64,000 nt of DNA from Vitrella brassicaformis CCMP3155 (lineage: Eukaryota; Protista; Chromerida): assembly GCA_001179505.1 (NCBI GenBank), contig CDMY01000055.1, positions 62,001-126,000 on the forward strand, in the 5' to 3' direction. Shown here piece by piece: positions 23,761 to 36,100 of the stretch; position 1 is the stretch's first letter; the number at the start of each line of letters is the position of its first letter. The notes under the pieces were generated by a model that was given only the letters and a program-made list of their open reading frames with translations, made no database searches and had not been told where the DNA came from. The translations under genes and the position numbers were made by a program.

Positions 23761-24780
23761 ATGGCGTCCGACTCTGTTCCCTCTCTGTGGGCCCTCTCAC
23801 TCAAGACGGTCTCACACACACTCGACGACCTCACCAGGCGGCCGGCACTCGTCACACAGATCGACAAGCAGCCGTCCACAGAGATCCCCAGAGGCGTCAC
23901 CCTGCCAGCCGTCCTGCAGCAGCGCATCGAGCGGGCCATACATGAGGAAGGTCTTCATGACCTCTTGGCCTTCGACATTCCTGACGTGGCGGGGGCCCTC
24001 AGGACGACCCATGTGCTGGAGCGATGCAGCGGCCACTGGAAGGTGATGAAGCCCTTCATCCGCCTGGCCTTCATCTATCGGCTTTCCCCCAATGCGACGC
24101 GGCCCCTCGTGGTGTCGGCTGATTCGCTGCCCACCGCATCAGCATTCGATGAGCTGCTCCTCACCATGGCCGCCTACAAGACATTCGGACACTTGCTCAG
24201 CTACAAAGGGACCAGCCTGGCGCTACAGCGAGCTTCCAACGGTGCCTATCGGATCGGCGATCATTCGTTTCGTGTGGTGCCGTTGGGCGATCTGCCGGCA
24301 GATCATGCCTACCGCAGCACATACAAGGACAGCGACCCCGTCATCCGCCGTGGGGACTATCTCTATCCATCATTCACGACATTCATCAAGCGGATGGTCC
24401 TGGAGTGGTGTGACCAAGAGGGGGTGGAGGAGAAGCTGGTGACTGGTGTTAACGATGTCGGTCGTGACGACAGCCACTATCAATCCCTGCTGACGGCACC
24501 GACCATCGAGGGCTACAAGACCGTCGACTACATCGATGAGCATACATTCGTCCCGGGAGATGACGGGCGCCTACGGATCATCATCCTCAAAGGCACAGCA
24601 GCCGACGACACCATTGCGGCGTACCTGTTGCTGGAAAATGGCCAGATCAGCCTCTGGACGACCGAGGCGGCGACGGAGGGCAGCACGGGCATCGAGCGCT
24701 ATCCCATTGCCGTGGCGGCTGCCCGCCCCCTTTTGGGCAAGTACGGGCTCGAGAGGACAGTGCTCCGACAGACAGCTTAG
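23761..24780 (+). CDS. Lineage-specific expanded family member (BC-box-like N-terminus)
   Basis: Open 1020-nt ORF sharing LPTASAFDEL..MAAYKTFGHLLSY, DPVIR, IEGYKTVDYID, LRIIILKGTAADDTIAAYL and RYPIAVAAARPLLGKYGLE with other copies. Confidence 0.75.
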   Translation: MASDSVPSLWALSLKTVSHTLDDLTRRPALVTQIDKQPSTEIPRGVTLPAVLQQRIERAIHEEGLHDLLAFDIPDVAGALRTTHVLERCSGHWKVMKPFIRLAFIYRLSPNATRPLVVSADSLPTASAFDELLLTMAAYKTFGHLLSYKGTSLALQRASNGAYRIGDHSFRVVPLGDLPADHAYRSTYKDSDPVIRRGDYLYPSFTTFIKRMVLEWCDQEGVEEKLVTGVNDVGRDDSHYQSLLTAPTIEGYKTVDYIDEHTFVPGDDGRLRIIILKGTAADDTIAAYLLLENGQISLWTTEAATEGSTGIERYPIAVAAARPLLGKYGLERTVLRQTA

Positions 24781-26644
24781 CCAACGACACAGTGGTGAGG
24801 CGGGAGGGGGGATTCGTGTGAGGGGGAGAGTAGGCGCGGTAATGCCATATGGCTCCTCTCATTCCTTGTGGGGTGGGGTGGAACAATGTCTGCAGGTGTC
24901 GCATCACTCTGTTGGCGGGGCAGTGGGGCGGATTAGTGCCGCTGACGAGGGGAGTGGGGCGTCGATCATAGCGCATCTCTCTGGGAGGAGGTGACGTAGC
25001 TGGCTGACCGCGTACGGCCGACTGGCCGACTGGCTGGCTGCTGGTGTGATGAATGAGTGACTGATGGCTGGCGCCTGTCATGATTTGCTGCATTGCCGAT
25101 GGACTCGAGCCAGCGGCGAACTAACCAATCAATCAATTAATGCATTTGGACGTATCAATTAGTGTATGGCCAGCACAAAAGCACTTGGGTCACACACATC
25201 ACGCCAGCTAAGGGAGTCACTTTACGCACGCCACGCCTCTGTCACAGTTTGGCTGGCTATGCTGTTTTTCGCTGTTTTTCTTTGGTCACAGGTTGCCTTT
25301 GGACGGGTTTTCAGTCATATGTGCAGCTGCCGATAAGTCACACATGTGCAACAGGTCCAGACGGACAATCCAGGAGAAACAAAGGAGGGGAGGGAGGGCC
25401 TGTGGCCACACAACCCCACACAACCCACAAAAGCAAGAGACCAAGCAGAGATGCACCTGTGTTGTAATGTGGCCCTCTTCTCTGGCCTTCGTGTGTACCT
25501 GCAGAGTCCAGAGGTCTGTTCCCCAGGCAGCCGCTCAGCGGCTCCAGCTGCCTCACGCGCTCCTCTGCTCGCTGGCACCGCAATGTCCACGCGTCCCGCT
25601 GCCTCGCCAGCTCAGACACGAGCTCGCCATGCGGCTGCTTGCGAGATGCAGCGCATCGTGTGCGCTGCAGGAAGTCTGAGATGCCCAGGGACGCTACGGC
25701 CGATCAAAGCAGGTGACACACTGATCGACCGGCAACCGACGAGAGAAGGCAGCAAGCCGAGTGCCAGCAAAGCCACCACCAATGGATAGCGTGGACGTCG
25801 AGGGCGTTGATTCTCATCTGCCTGACGACAGACGAGAGGACATCCAGAACCATCCTCATGTTCGAATCACCCTGACAGGCGAAAGCTCTTATCTTTGTTC
25901 TCACTCGCATGATCTCTTCGCGCCTGTACGTGTGATCAGGCCTCCTGTGCGTCAGCTCCTCACCCCCGTTGTGCTGCAGGTGACTTCTGCTGTGCAGTAG
26001 CGCCTAAAGGTGCCTCCAACACAGCCAATACATGTACACAAAATCGAATGAATGCATGAATGAATGAATGAATAAATCATGTCAGCTCCTTGCGTCATCG
26101 CCTTTTTGCCGTTCCGCCCTTCTGCTTCCTTTTATCTCCAGCCGCAGCTTCGGATCGCCCGCAAGCTCGCATAGAATAGTGACGGGGAGATCTGCAGCAG
26201 AAATGTGCAGAAATGGTCCCCGACGACTGCTCTTGTTGATTCCCACTGAGCTTTTTGCTCTTTCTGCTCTGCCGCGTTCTCGGATGCTCGAGTTCATGGC
26301 GCGCGGTCTCGAGAGAGATCTCCAGAGGATTTTCTTCTCTCCCTTTGCCTGTTGCCTCTTACCGAGCCGCTTATCTACCTGCCTGCTGCAGAGAGAGAGT
26401 TCAAGTGGTTTGACTGCCGAGGAGAATAAGTCGATATGGGAGAGAAGGGAGCCGCCGCCGCCAACATCGTGTGGGTGCTGCCGCTGGGGATCTTTGACGC
26501 TGCCCTCATCGCCTTGAATGCCCTGCTGCTGTGCAGTGGGCTCCTGGGGCTGACCATGAAGTGTGATCCGACGCCGGGCTTGCCGATACGATGTGAGCAG
26601 TAAGAGGGAGGACACCGACTGGTGGACACTCACACGGTTCATTC

Positions 26645-27450
26645 ATGCGTGTGTATGCTGCTAAAATTGATATCCACGCAGGCGTCGTCACGTTGGTGGG
26701 AGTCTTGCTTGGTGGCTTTGTGCTCCACCGACTCGCCAGTAAGCACGTCAGGCTTGCTCGCACTGACAGGGCCATGTCGATCGACATGTGCACGTTGTGT
26801 GTGTCTTGTCGTGTTTCCAGGCTGCCCGCAGTCCGACAGGCGTGATTGATTCTCTTCGTACCCCTTATCCATCCACATCCATGCTGTCTGTGAGCGGGCC
26901 ATGCCATTGTGACTCAGTGCAGCAGCAGCCGCCGCAGCAGCAGGGCTCAGTCCGCGAGCAGCGTGCCACCGGCGAGGGCTCTGCTGTCACGGACGGCGGC
27001 GTAGGCCGCCGTTGGATGCTGCTCTGCGTGTTCCACGTCCAGCTGTATGCCCTGCTTGCCGTGTCAATATTCTTCGGCGCCGAGTTGCGGGAGCTCCACA
27101 AGACCGGGCTCTCCCTCACCTACTGGTCAAAGTGCGACCCGGCCTTAACGACGTGTCGTTCTTTCTGGGTGGGATGCTGATCGATGCGCTGAGGTCTCTC
27201 AACCATATTATCCACCCTAAGCTGCCGGGGCGGCGGAGGATACACCAGGCTGCCCGCAGTCCGACAGGCAGCTGAGCTGTGCATCCCCTGCTTACACGTC
27301 CTCTATGTGTGGATGGACCGCGCCCTCTTGCTGCTCAAGCTCCTTAATGGCTTCTTGCAGACAGACGGGTTTATCATGACCGTGTGCGGGTCTGTGCACG
27401 TGTTGGTCGAGTGGGTGGGGAGATGGGTGATGCACTCACGTCATTTCTTG
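26645..27450 (+). pseudogene. Possible degenerate membrane-protein gene
   Basis: Hydrophobic segments in shifting frames, with an internal 25-bp direct repeat. Confidence 0.3.
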
Positions 27451-27821
27451 TGTTGATACGCCGCTTCGTGGCCGGCCTCATGTGAAGAGATGATGGGTGC
27501 ATTCGACTCGTCAGTCGTGTTGGTTGACTGATGAATTGGTCAGTTGTGTGCTATAGAAGACGCTTAAACCATCAGTCACTCACACGAAACTCCAGTTCAA
27601 GTCACCAGTCTGAGAGACCACGGACAACGGCAAAACCGTATACACCGGCACATCTTGCACGACAGTGTCTATCCCACAGCCAACAGAGTGATGCGACACC
27701 TGCAGACATTGTTCCACCCCACCCCACAAGGAATGAGACGAGCCATGGCATTGTCACGCCTACTCTCCCCCTCACACGAATCCCCCCTCCCGCCTCACCA
27801 CTGTGTCGTCAGCTAAGCTGT

Positions 27822-28192
27822 CTATCGTAGCACTGTCCTCTCCAGTCCGTATTTGTCCAGCAAACGGCGGGCAGCCGACACGGCAATGGGATAGCGCTCC
27901 ATGTCTTTGTTGCCCTCTGTCGGCGCCTCGGTTGTCCGGAGGCCGATGCGGCCATCGGCCAGCCACAGGTACGCCGCAATGGTGTCGGCCGCTGCGGTGC
28001 CCTTGAGGATGATGAGTCGCCGGCGGCCGTCATCTCCCGGGGCAAATGGATGCTCATCGATGCAGTCGATGGTCTTGTAGCCCTCAATGGTCGGTGCCGT
28101 CAGCAGAGACCGATACCGAGTGTCGCCACGGCCGACATAAGCATCAGTCACCAGCTCCTCCCCCACCCCCTCTTGACCATACCACCGCACCA
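27822..28192 (-). CDS. 3' end of a lineage-specific family copy (truncated by gap)
   Basis: 27679-28192 appears identical to 29018-29531. Confidence 0.7.
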
Positions 28193-29160
28193 NNNNNNNN
28201 NNNNNNNNNNNNNNNNNNNNNNNNNNNNNNNNNNNNNNNNNNNNNNNNNNNNNNNNNNNNNNNNNNNNNNNNNNNNNNNNNNNNNNNNNNNNNNNNNNNN
28301 NNNNNNNNNNNNNNNNNNNNNNNNNNNNNNNNNNNNNNNNNNNNNNNNNNNNNNNNNNNNNNNNNNNNNNNNNNNNNNNNNNNNNNNNNNNNNNNNNNNN
28401 NNNNNNNNNNNNNNNNNNNNNNNNNNNNNNNNNNNNNNNNNNNNNNNNNNNNNNNNNNNNNNNNNNNNNNNNNNNNNNNNNNNNNNNNNNNNACCAGGTC
28501 AGGGGAGGGCGACCGGGACATGCTCCTGATGGACCGGCTGGCGGAGAGGCTCAAGGTCGTGCCGTTCGTGCCGCAGTCATGGGGGCTGCAGCAGTAGATA
28601 GATAGATGGGGATGGGTGGGAATGTATTCTGCTGTGATGCCGCGCCCGCTTTTTGCTGCTCGTGACGCGATGGTGGCGTGTAGCTTGGTTTGCATGTCGC
28701 GACTTCGAATTTGTCAACAGAAAGACACACGAGTGCACTCGTCGAATGGTATGTGTCGTCGATACAGAGGCATGATACATTAAACCGACACACATCACGC
28801 CAGCAGAGGGTCGAGCTGTGAACACGAAGCAATGCAGCACATCGTGACACCCGCCAGCCGTCAGTCACTCATTCATCACATCAGACCAACAGCCACCCGG
28901 CTAGTCAGGCAGTCGGGTATACACCGTCGACCAGCTATGTCGCCCCCTCCCAGAGAGATGCGCTATGATCGACCCCCCACTCCCCTCATCAGCGGCACTA
29001 ATCCGCCCCGCTGCCCCGCCAACAGAGTGATGCGACACCTGCAGACATTGTTCCACCCCACCCCACAAGGAATGAGACGAGCCATGGCATTGTCACGCCT
29101 ACTCTCCCCCTCACACGAATCCCCCCTCCCGCCTCACCACTGTGTCGTCAGCTAAGCTGT

Positions 29161-31073
29161 CTATCGTAGCACTGTCCTCTCCAGTCCGTATTTGTCCAGC
29201 AAACGGCGGGCAGCCGACACGGCAATGGGATAGCGCTCCATGTCTTTGTTGCCCTCTGTCGGCGCCTCGGTTGTCCGGAGGCCGATGCGGCCATCGGCCA
29301 GCCACAGGTACGCCGCAATGGTGTCGGCCGCTGCGGTGCCCTTGAGGATGATGAGTCGCCGGCGGCCGTCATCTCCCGGGGCAAATGGATGCTCATCGAT
29401 GCAGTCGATGGTCTTGTAGCCCTCAATGGTCGGTGCCGTCAGCAGAGACCGATACCGAGTGTCGCCACGGCCGACATAAGCATCAGTCACCAGCTCCTCC
29501 CCCACCCCCTCTTGACCATACCACCGCACCAGAAGCATCCACTTGAGGAATGCCGTGAAGGTTGGGTAGACATAGTGCCCACTGCGGACGACGGGATCGC
29601 TGTCCTTGTATGTGCTGCGGTAGCGGTGGTTGGGGGGCAGATCGGTGAAGGGAACCGTCGTGAAGGGAACGTTGCCGATCGTGTAGCGCCGCCTCGCCAC
29701 GCCACCCCCGCCATCGCCTCCCTGCTGCCCCCCTGCACCATCGCCCGCTGCCCCCTCCTGCTGCTGCTGGACCGCGGCATCGTTGTCTCCTTCATCCTGC
29801 TCGTCCACATCGCCCATGGCATTGTCGTCCTCCTGCTCCTCCTCATCGCTGTCCTCCATATCCTCGCCGTCCTCCTGCTCCTCCATCTCCTCCTCCACCT
29901 GCTCCAGCGCCAGGCTGGTCCCCCGGTAGCTGAGCAAGTGGCCGAATGTCTTGTAGACGGCCAGAGCGAGTGGCAGCTCATCGAAGGCTGAAGCGGTGGG
30001 CAGGTGGTCGGCCATCCACTCAGCCGACAGCCGCAGGGGCAGTGCCTTGATAAGCTTGTAGTTGCGCGCTAGGTGGATGAAGTCGGTCATCTCTTGCCAC
30101 AGCTCCCCTCCTCGCTCAAGCACAAAGGCGGATTTGCTGTAGTAATCGAACAGCGACCGACGGACATCGACGACGCCGGTCAAATGGTTGCTGTCGAGCG
30201 AGCCGTTGATGCGCTTGAGCATGAAGGCCTCGTTGATGAGCTGAGTGCCGTGTGTCTTGCTGGTGGGGCGGGCCGAGCAGACGGCCTCACACACAGAGAG
30301 CATCGGGTTGATATTCCCACGCCACACGTCGTTGGCCGTCACGTCCACGCCATTGTCACCATCAGCAGCAGTGGCTGTGGGTGGGGTGGTGGCGGTGGTG
30401 GGGTGAGGGGGCCCAGGTTGCTGTGTGGTGTCTGGTTGACAGGGGGGAGGGGGCGGGGCGGGCGAGATGTGGTGGGCGATGGTCTGAATGGCACTGGACA
30501 TGGCCGAGAGGGTGGGTATCTTCGACTTGACAAATGACCACTCCTGGCCGATGACGGGTGCCTGATTTCCCATGACAACAGACGACAGCCGCCCGTCTCC
30601 CTCGCTGGTCATTATCAGAGGCTCGACGGCCGACACCTCACTGGCCACCTGACAAACGAAGGACACAGACAGATGTCACGGCATCTATCCCTCAGTGGGT
30701 CGATATCTGTGTGTCCTTCACCTGCTCTATGAGTGAGTGTATGGCCGCCAGCCGACCACACACATCGCCCGACCCGCCACACACAGGGGGGGAAGCCTGC
30801 ACACGGAGATCAAGTGAGGCGCAACTCAGTTGTTCGCATAGTGGCGCCTCACTCACCGACGGCGATGGAGTGAGCGCCTCCTGCTGTGGAAGAAAGGCCG
30901 CACGACTCATCACACTCAGCCCTACAAACACACACAAATGCACACACATGAGGTGCACGGCTCGACCTGTCCGTCTGGGAGCCGCGGGAATCGATCTCAC
31001 CTGAATCCCCAGCGGCGCGGTTGTCACGCCGGCGCTTTGCGTCACCTCCAACACAGTCAGCAGAAGAAGGCAT
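29161..31073 (-). CDS. Lineage-specific expanded family member with acidic insertion (multi-exon)
   Basis: 501-codon ORF 29161-30666 plus upstream exons starting MPSSADCVGGDAKRRR; family motifs present. Confidence 0.75.
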
Positions 31074-31605
31074 GACTTCATCTCTGACACAGGCAAGATG
31101 GCACACAAACAGTGACGGCCATCCCGTCTATCGCTTCATGTGCTCATTAACGAACGATTTGACTGAAGCAGCGCAGGAGCAACAGATCCACGCAGCCTCC
31201 TCCGAGTGACTCTGTATGACATCGCACAGCACAACACATCAAAGACAGCACGCGGGTGGGCGCTTCTAAAGATCACGTCAGCCACAACTCACCTGAAGAA
31301 CAAGCGCAAACGAGCGAACGAACGATTCCAGCCTAGGGTGCTGCACGAAACCGCTGCGCACGCTGCGAAAAGAAGCGGATCGAAAGTTTCCCATTTGTCG
31401 GTGACAACGGCTGAAAGCTCTGCCGAAGCATCTCGCGTCAATTCCAGAGGAAAACTGCAAAGATTCAATCCGGGAACAAGCAGCGGACTGAGGGTGAGAA
31501 GGGTGCAAGAGGCATATGCCTCTCTGACTCATGTAAGTGATGCATCATGATCTTCTGTGCTTTGGCCGTGTGTTTCAGAGCTGTTGCGGGCTGTTGGGGT
31601 GTGAT

Positions 31606-32599
31606 ATGTCTGATTCGGTGCCGGACGACCTATGGCGACGGCGCGTGTTGCCGTGCCTTCTCGTGTGTGATGTGGTCGCCCTGCGAGAGAGCAGTATGGC
31701 CGGGGCGGCTCTGATCACGGCCGGGGTACTGCTGCAGCGCATCGATGCCTCCCTCGCCCATCACGAACTCAGTGGCCTCATCGATGTCGACCGCGACCCC
31801 TCCCGCTTGCCCTACCTGGTGCGGTGCTGCTATGTGCTGGAGCAGGGCAGCAGCGAGTGGCGTGTGATGGGCAGGTTTGTCCGCCTGGGCACCATCTATG
31901 GACTGGCCACCACCAATGGGTTCCCACTGGTACTGTCGGGGGCGTGCCTGGCCAGCGAGGCGGCCTTTCATCGGCTGCCGGCCGCCATGGCCATCTACAA
32001 GACATTCGCGCATCTCCTCAGCTACGACGGCCGCAGTCTGGCACTAACAGCCAACCGACGACGGAGAGTATCGGATCGCTGCTCTTCTGGATACGTTTCG
32101 TGTGGTGCCGCTGCGTGAGCTGCCCGCCGGTCACCCCTATGCTGCTAGCTACAAGCGGACTGATCCCGTCATCCGCTGGTGCCGCTTTCTCTCCCGATCC
32201 TTCACGGGGTTTCTTCTGCGCCAGATTGACTACACTTGGAACACTCATTACCTTAACCGCAATTCGGTGCTGTCTGCTAGGAACGAGGAAGGTGACCGCC
32301 TTCTCACCGTCGGTGACGTCCCTGAGCGGCTGGGCATCACAGCCGACTATCGCTATGACGGATGGGACCCGAATCCAGCCAATTGGACTGACTGTCGTTA
32401 TTTGTGGGTCAGCGGCTTCCGGCCTAACGACACCGTCGTCGCGCAGCTGAAGACGGGTTGGGGCTGCGTCGATCTGTATACGACCGAGGCAGACGCTGCT
32501 GCTGCGTCTGCGTCTCTCGATGAGCGTCTCCCCGTGTCGACGCCCCTGTGGCGCGGGTTGCTTAGGCATTTCAACCTGGAGAGTGATGTTTTTCATTGA
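31606..32599 (+). pseudogene. Divergent family member with F-box-like N-terminus; +1 frameshift at ~32056
   Basis: MSDSVPDDLWRRRVLPCLLVCDVVALR...AMAIYKTFAHLLSYDGRSLAL. Removing one C (32056) restores DDGEYRIAALLDTFRVVPLRELPAGHPY, which matches the other copies. Confidence 0.65.
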
Positions 32600-33183
32600 T
32601 CGTGGCCCACCCATGGTGTCGTTGATGCTGGTGTGATGGGTCACGGGCGGGCGGAGTCAGTCATGTGGCGAGGTGAACCTGAGCTCGGGAGTGAAGTAAT
32701 TGAAAGAGGAAGGGTGGTGGTAATGTGATGGATGGATGTGAGTGAGGTACATAGTCGATAGAGGGAGGGGACTGCCTAGGTAGGGCTGTTCAAACTGTGC
32801 TTCGGACCCTTGTGGGGGTACCGGCTTTGTGGAATATTTTTTCCAATCTGTCTGCGTCCATGTGTGGATATGCAGATTCAAGCCGATGACTGCTTCATGT
32901 ATGGGGTGTGTGTGCGTGTATGTGAGGTTCTACATGCCATATGTCGGCCGGCATGTGTCTGTCAGAGTGTCTGCGTATGTGGGGACACTAACAGCACAAT
33001 GTCCCAGTCAATGAACATCGCACACAAGGCTGTCTGTCTGTCTGTCTTGTCTGGCTATCGATCGCCCTCTTGGCTTCAACCTCTACACCCATTCACTCCT
33101 CCGATCTGACTCAATCGACCACACCAAAAACACCACCACACACAAAAACGGCCAGTGTGCTCCTTACGTCAGACCACGTCAGG

Positions 33184-36100
33184 TCACATCCACGTCAGAG
33201 ACTGCACAAGGTAGGATCGGGGTGAGCGAGGCCGCTCCCTCCAGGCCCGCCCACCGTGATGGCCATGCCCATGAAGCGCAGGGAAGGACCTGGCCGATGT
33301 CGGCCGATACCAATCCACACCACCACCACCACCACCTCTGTCGGTGTCGCCATGTGGAGCTGACCCTGCCCCTGCCCTTCTCTCCTCGCCATCCTGCTGC
33401 TGCCGTGCTTCTGGTCCATTATCTGCCATCAGTCGAGCACCGACAGGCTCGCTCACTCCCCTCGTCAGGGTGATGCCGTCACACTTGGGGTAGGTGCTGC
33501 ATCCATGGGGCGGATCGGCGCACGCTTCGCTGGCACTCGCTGCTGGCTGCTGTGGCCGTGGTAGTGGTGGTAGCAGGTCCGATGATGACGACTCGGGCTG
33601 GGTTATCGGGGGAGGGGGTGAGGAGGGCCCACCACCGGGACTCTGTCTGAGGAGCTGTGCGATCCAGCGACGCCCCTTCTGGCGAATCTTTCCCACCAGA
33701 CGGCCCGTTGCCGCGCGAAGAGGTGGGGCGGGGGCCGCAGCAGACGGGTCACTCGTCGGCTGATACACACGCCACCAGTCTGCACGACCAAACACACCAC
33801 ACACCAGGAGAGAGAATTGAGGACATATTAGCAGCTTCCTCCTCTCTTTTCTCTATGTGTGCTGCACACCTGAGGCCACCGCAGGCGACGCAGCTGTCGA
33901 GGGCAGCGCGGCCGGGGATGCCTGTCCCTCAGGCGACGACTGAGTCAGCTGCACCATCCGGAAGCGAAAATGGACTCGCCGCTTCCGGAAGACACTGGCA
34001 GAGTTGCTCCACCGAAACGTGTAGCGCACCAGAGGCCGCGAGGGCAGGGACGGGGAGAGGGGAGACATGTCAGGCCCTGGCACAGAGACGGCATGGCGAG
34101 GGGGGAGGGGGGGCAGCAGCAACGGGCCACCCATCCCGTCAGCTCTCTCTTGCTCCGCCGGAGCTCGTGGTGCTGGTGCCGCTGTGGCAGCTGTGGCGTC
34201 GCTCTCCTCTTCCAGCCGGCCGCCCTCCACCATCAGCTGGAAGGAGGGGCCATCGGTGTCACCACTACAAGCAGCAAGGCCAGGCCACGACCGAGACCGA
34301 GACAGCGACCGACGCGAGGGAGCGCCGTGCAGAGGGGCGGGGAAAGGTGCCGGTTGCTCGGCTATGATGGATAGCAGAGAGGGCGTTGAGGGGGCGTGTG
34401 TGGGCAGGGAGGGCGAGCGAGGGACGGGCTCGCACGGGTATGACTTGGATCGTCTCGTCAGCCATCGTGGGCGCCGTTCCACAGCAGAGGCCGACAGCGA
34501 CATCGGGCCGGTCGACGCCAGCAGCTTGCTCGGTGCCTCGTCGACCGCCCTGCTCTTGTCTCTCGCTGAGCTCTTGCTCTCATCGCTCGTGTGATGGGCG
34601 GGCTCGCTCGCTGAGGGCTTCGATGCAGGCCGCAGCCACCCCGTTGCCCACGACGGCCGCCTCCCAGGCATGTCATCATTCTCACCCATCACGCCGGTGT
34701 CCCCTCCTCCTTTGTCATCGCTGCTGTGCGGGCCCCACACGAGGCCGCGATCGGCCGGGTCGTCGCCAGTGAGACCTACCACATAGGCCAGTGGGTGGTG
34801 GAAGCAGCCCTCCACGGCCCCATCGATGGCACGGTGGCAGGCCAGTGGATGCACCAGCACCGCAGGATCGCCAGCAGGGGTAGAGGGGGAAAGAGACCCA
34901 TCGGTTGACATCATTGACGTCTGCGGCTGGTCTGCTGCTGACGCATCCGGTGGTGCTGCTGCTGGTGGTGGTGGTCGTTCGGGCAGCTGCTGGGAAACGT
35001 CGTCTCCTTTCTGCTCGTGATCAGATGTGGGTGGGAGAGAAGGCGGCCGTGCCTCGACCGACGTGGCGATGAGCGAGCCGGCGAAGTCCTGATCTGTCGT
35101 GGCGGTGTCGGCTGATGCCTCGCCTGACGGGAATGCGGGGGCGGGAAAGTGGGCCGGAGGGGAGGGGGTCGCCTCGCCGTCTCCATAGTCATGATACGGT
35201 GAACCGTCACCCTCGCGGCTCTCGTGCTGCTCCCTGGCCTGTGGTCGCTGGTAGGTCTGGATGGCTGCCCGGGCGATGTTGGCTGGGGAGCTGGTGCTGG
35301 TGCTGGTGGTGCTGCCCTCGACGATGAGGGCGGCGGTGACGGTGAAGTCGATATCGTGCTCGAGCAGATCGAACTCCCACTCCACCTGAGAAAGAAGGAC
35401 ACACACACAGACACGCAGAGACCAATGGTCAGGTCGCCGGCAAGATTGAATGCCGCATGTCGGTCCTGTGTTTTCTGCCGCCTTACTTTGGCGAAAGGCG
35501 GGCAGACGCACTCGAGACAGACCACGGCAGCAGTGCCGGCCTCCACACCGAACGCCAGAGACCCATCCCACTTTCCCTCAGGCCCCCCACCCACCACCAG
35601 CCGCTCAGACGATCTCCGCCCCTCGTCTGGGGCGGCCTCACCCGTGCTGACCGGCGGCACAAACAGTCCCCTGCCCATGTCGAACATAGCCGAGATGCCG
35701 CCTGTCAACAGATCTGCAGCTTGTTGGGCGTAAAGCAAAGTGGGATGCATTGCCGGGCTCACAGGCTCGCTCGTGGATGCGGTCGACCGACGATGGTCTG
35801 GAAAGTGGCTGGTAGGTGGCGAGGGCAGGTGAGGGGCAGGAGGCCCTCGCTGTGAAGGGAAGCCCAGGTCAGCCACAGGCAGGGTCGATGCCTCGCCGTC
35901 GTCCTGCCCGGCGCTGCATCCCGGCAGCGATACGTTGCTGATCTCTCTTGGCGTAGCGAAGTTGGAGTGAGGCTCGGCCTCTTTCCACGCATTACTGTCG
36001 CTCTCAGTGACGGTCTCGAGCGACGCCTCCCCCTGGGGACGCTCCTGGCTCACCACAGACACTTCGCTGGCCTCTGCGGATCGTGTGCGGGCGGTGATGC

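Noticed and set aside
25160-26642. Several 80-190-aa ORFs on both strands
   Set aside because: No recognisable motifs or consistent splice model.
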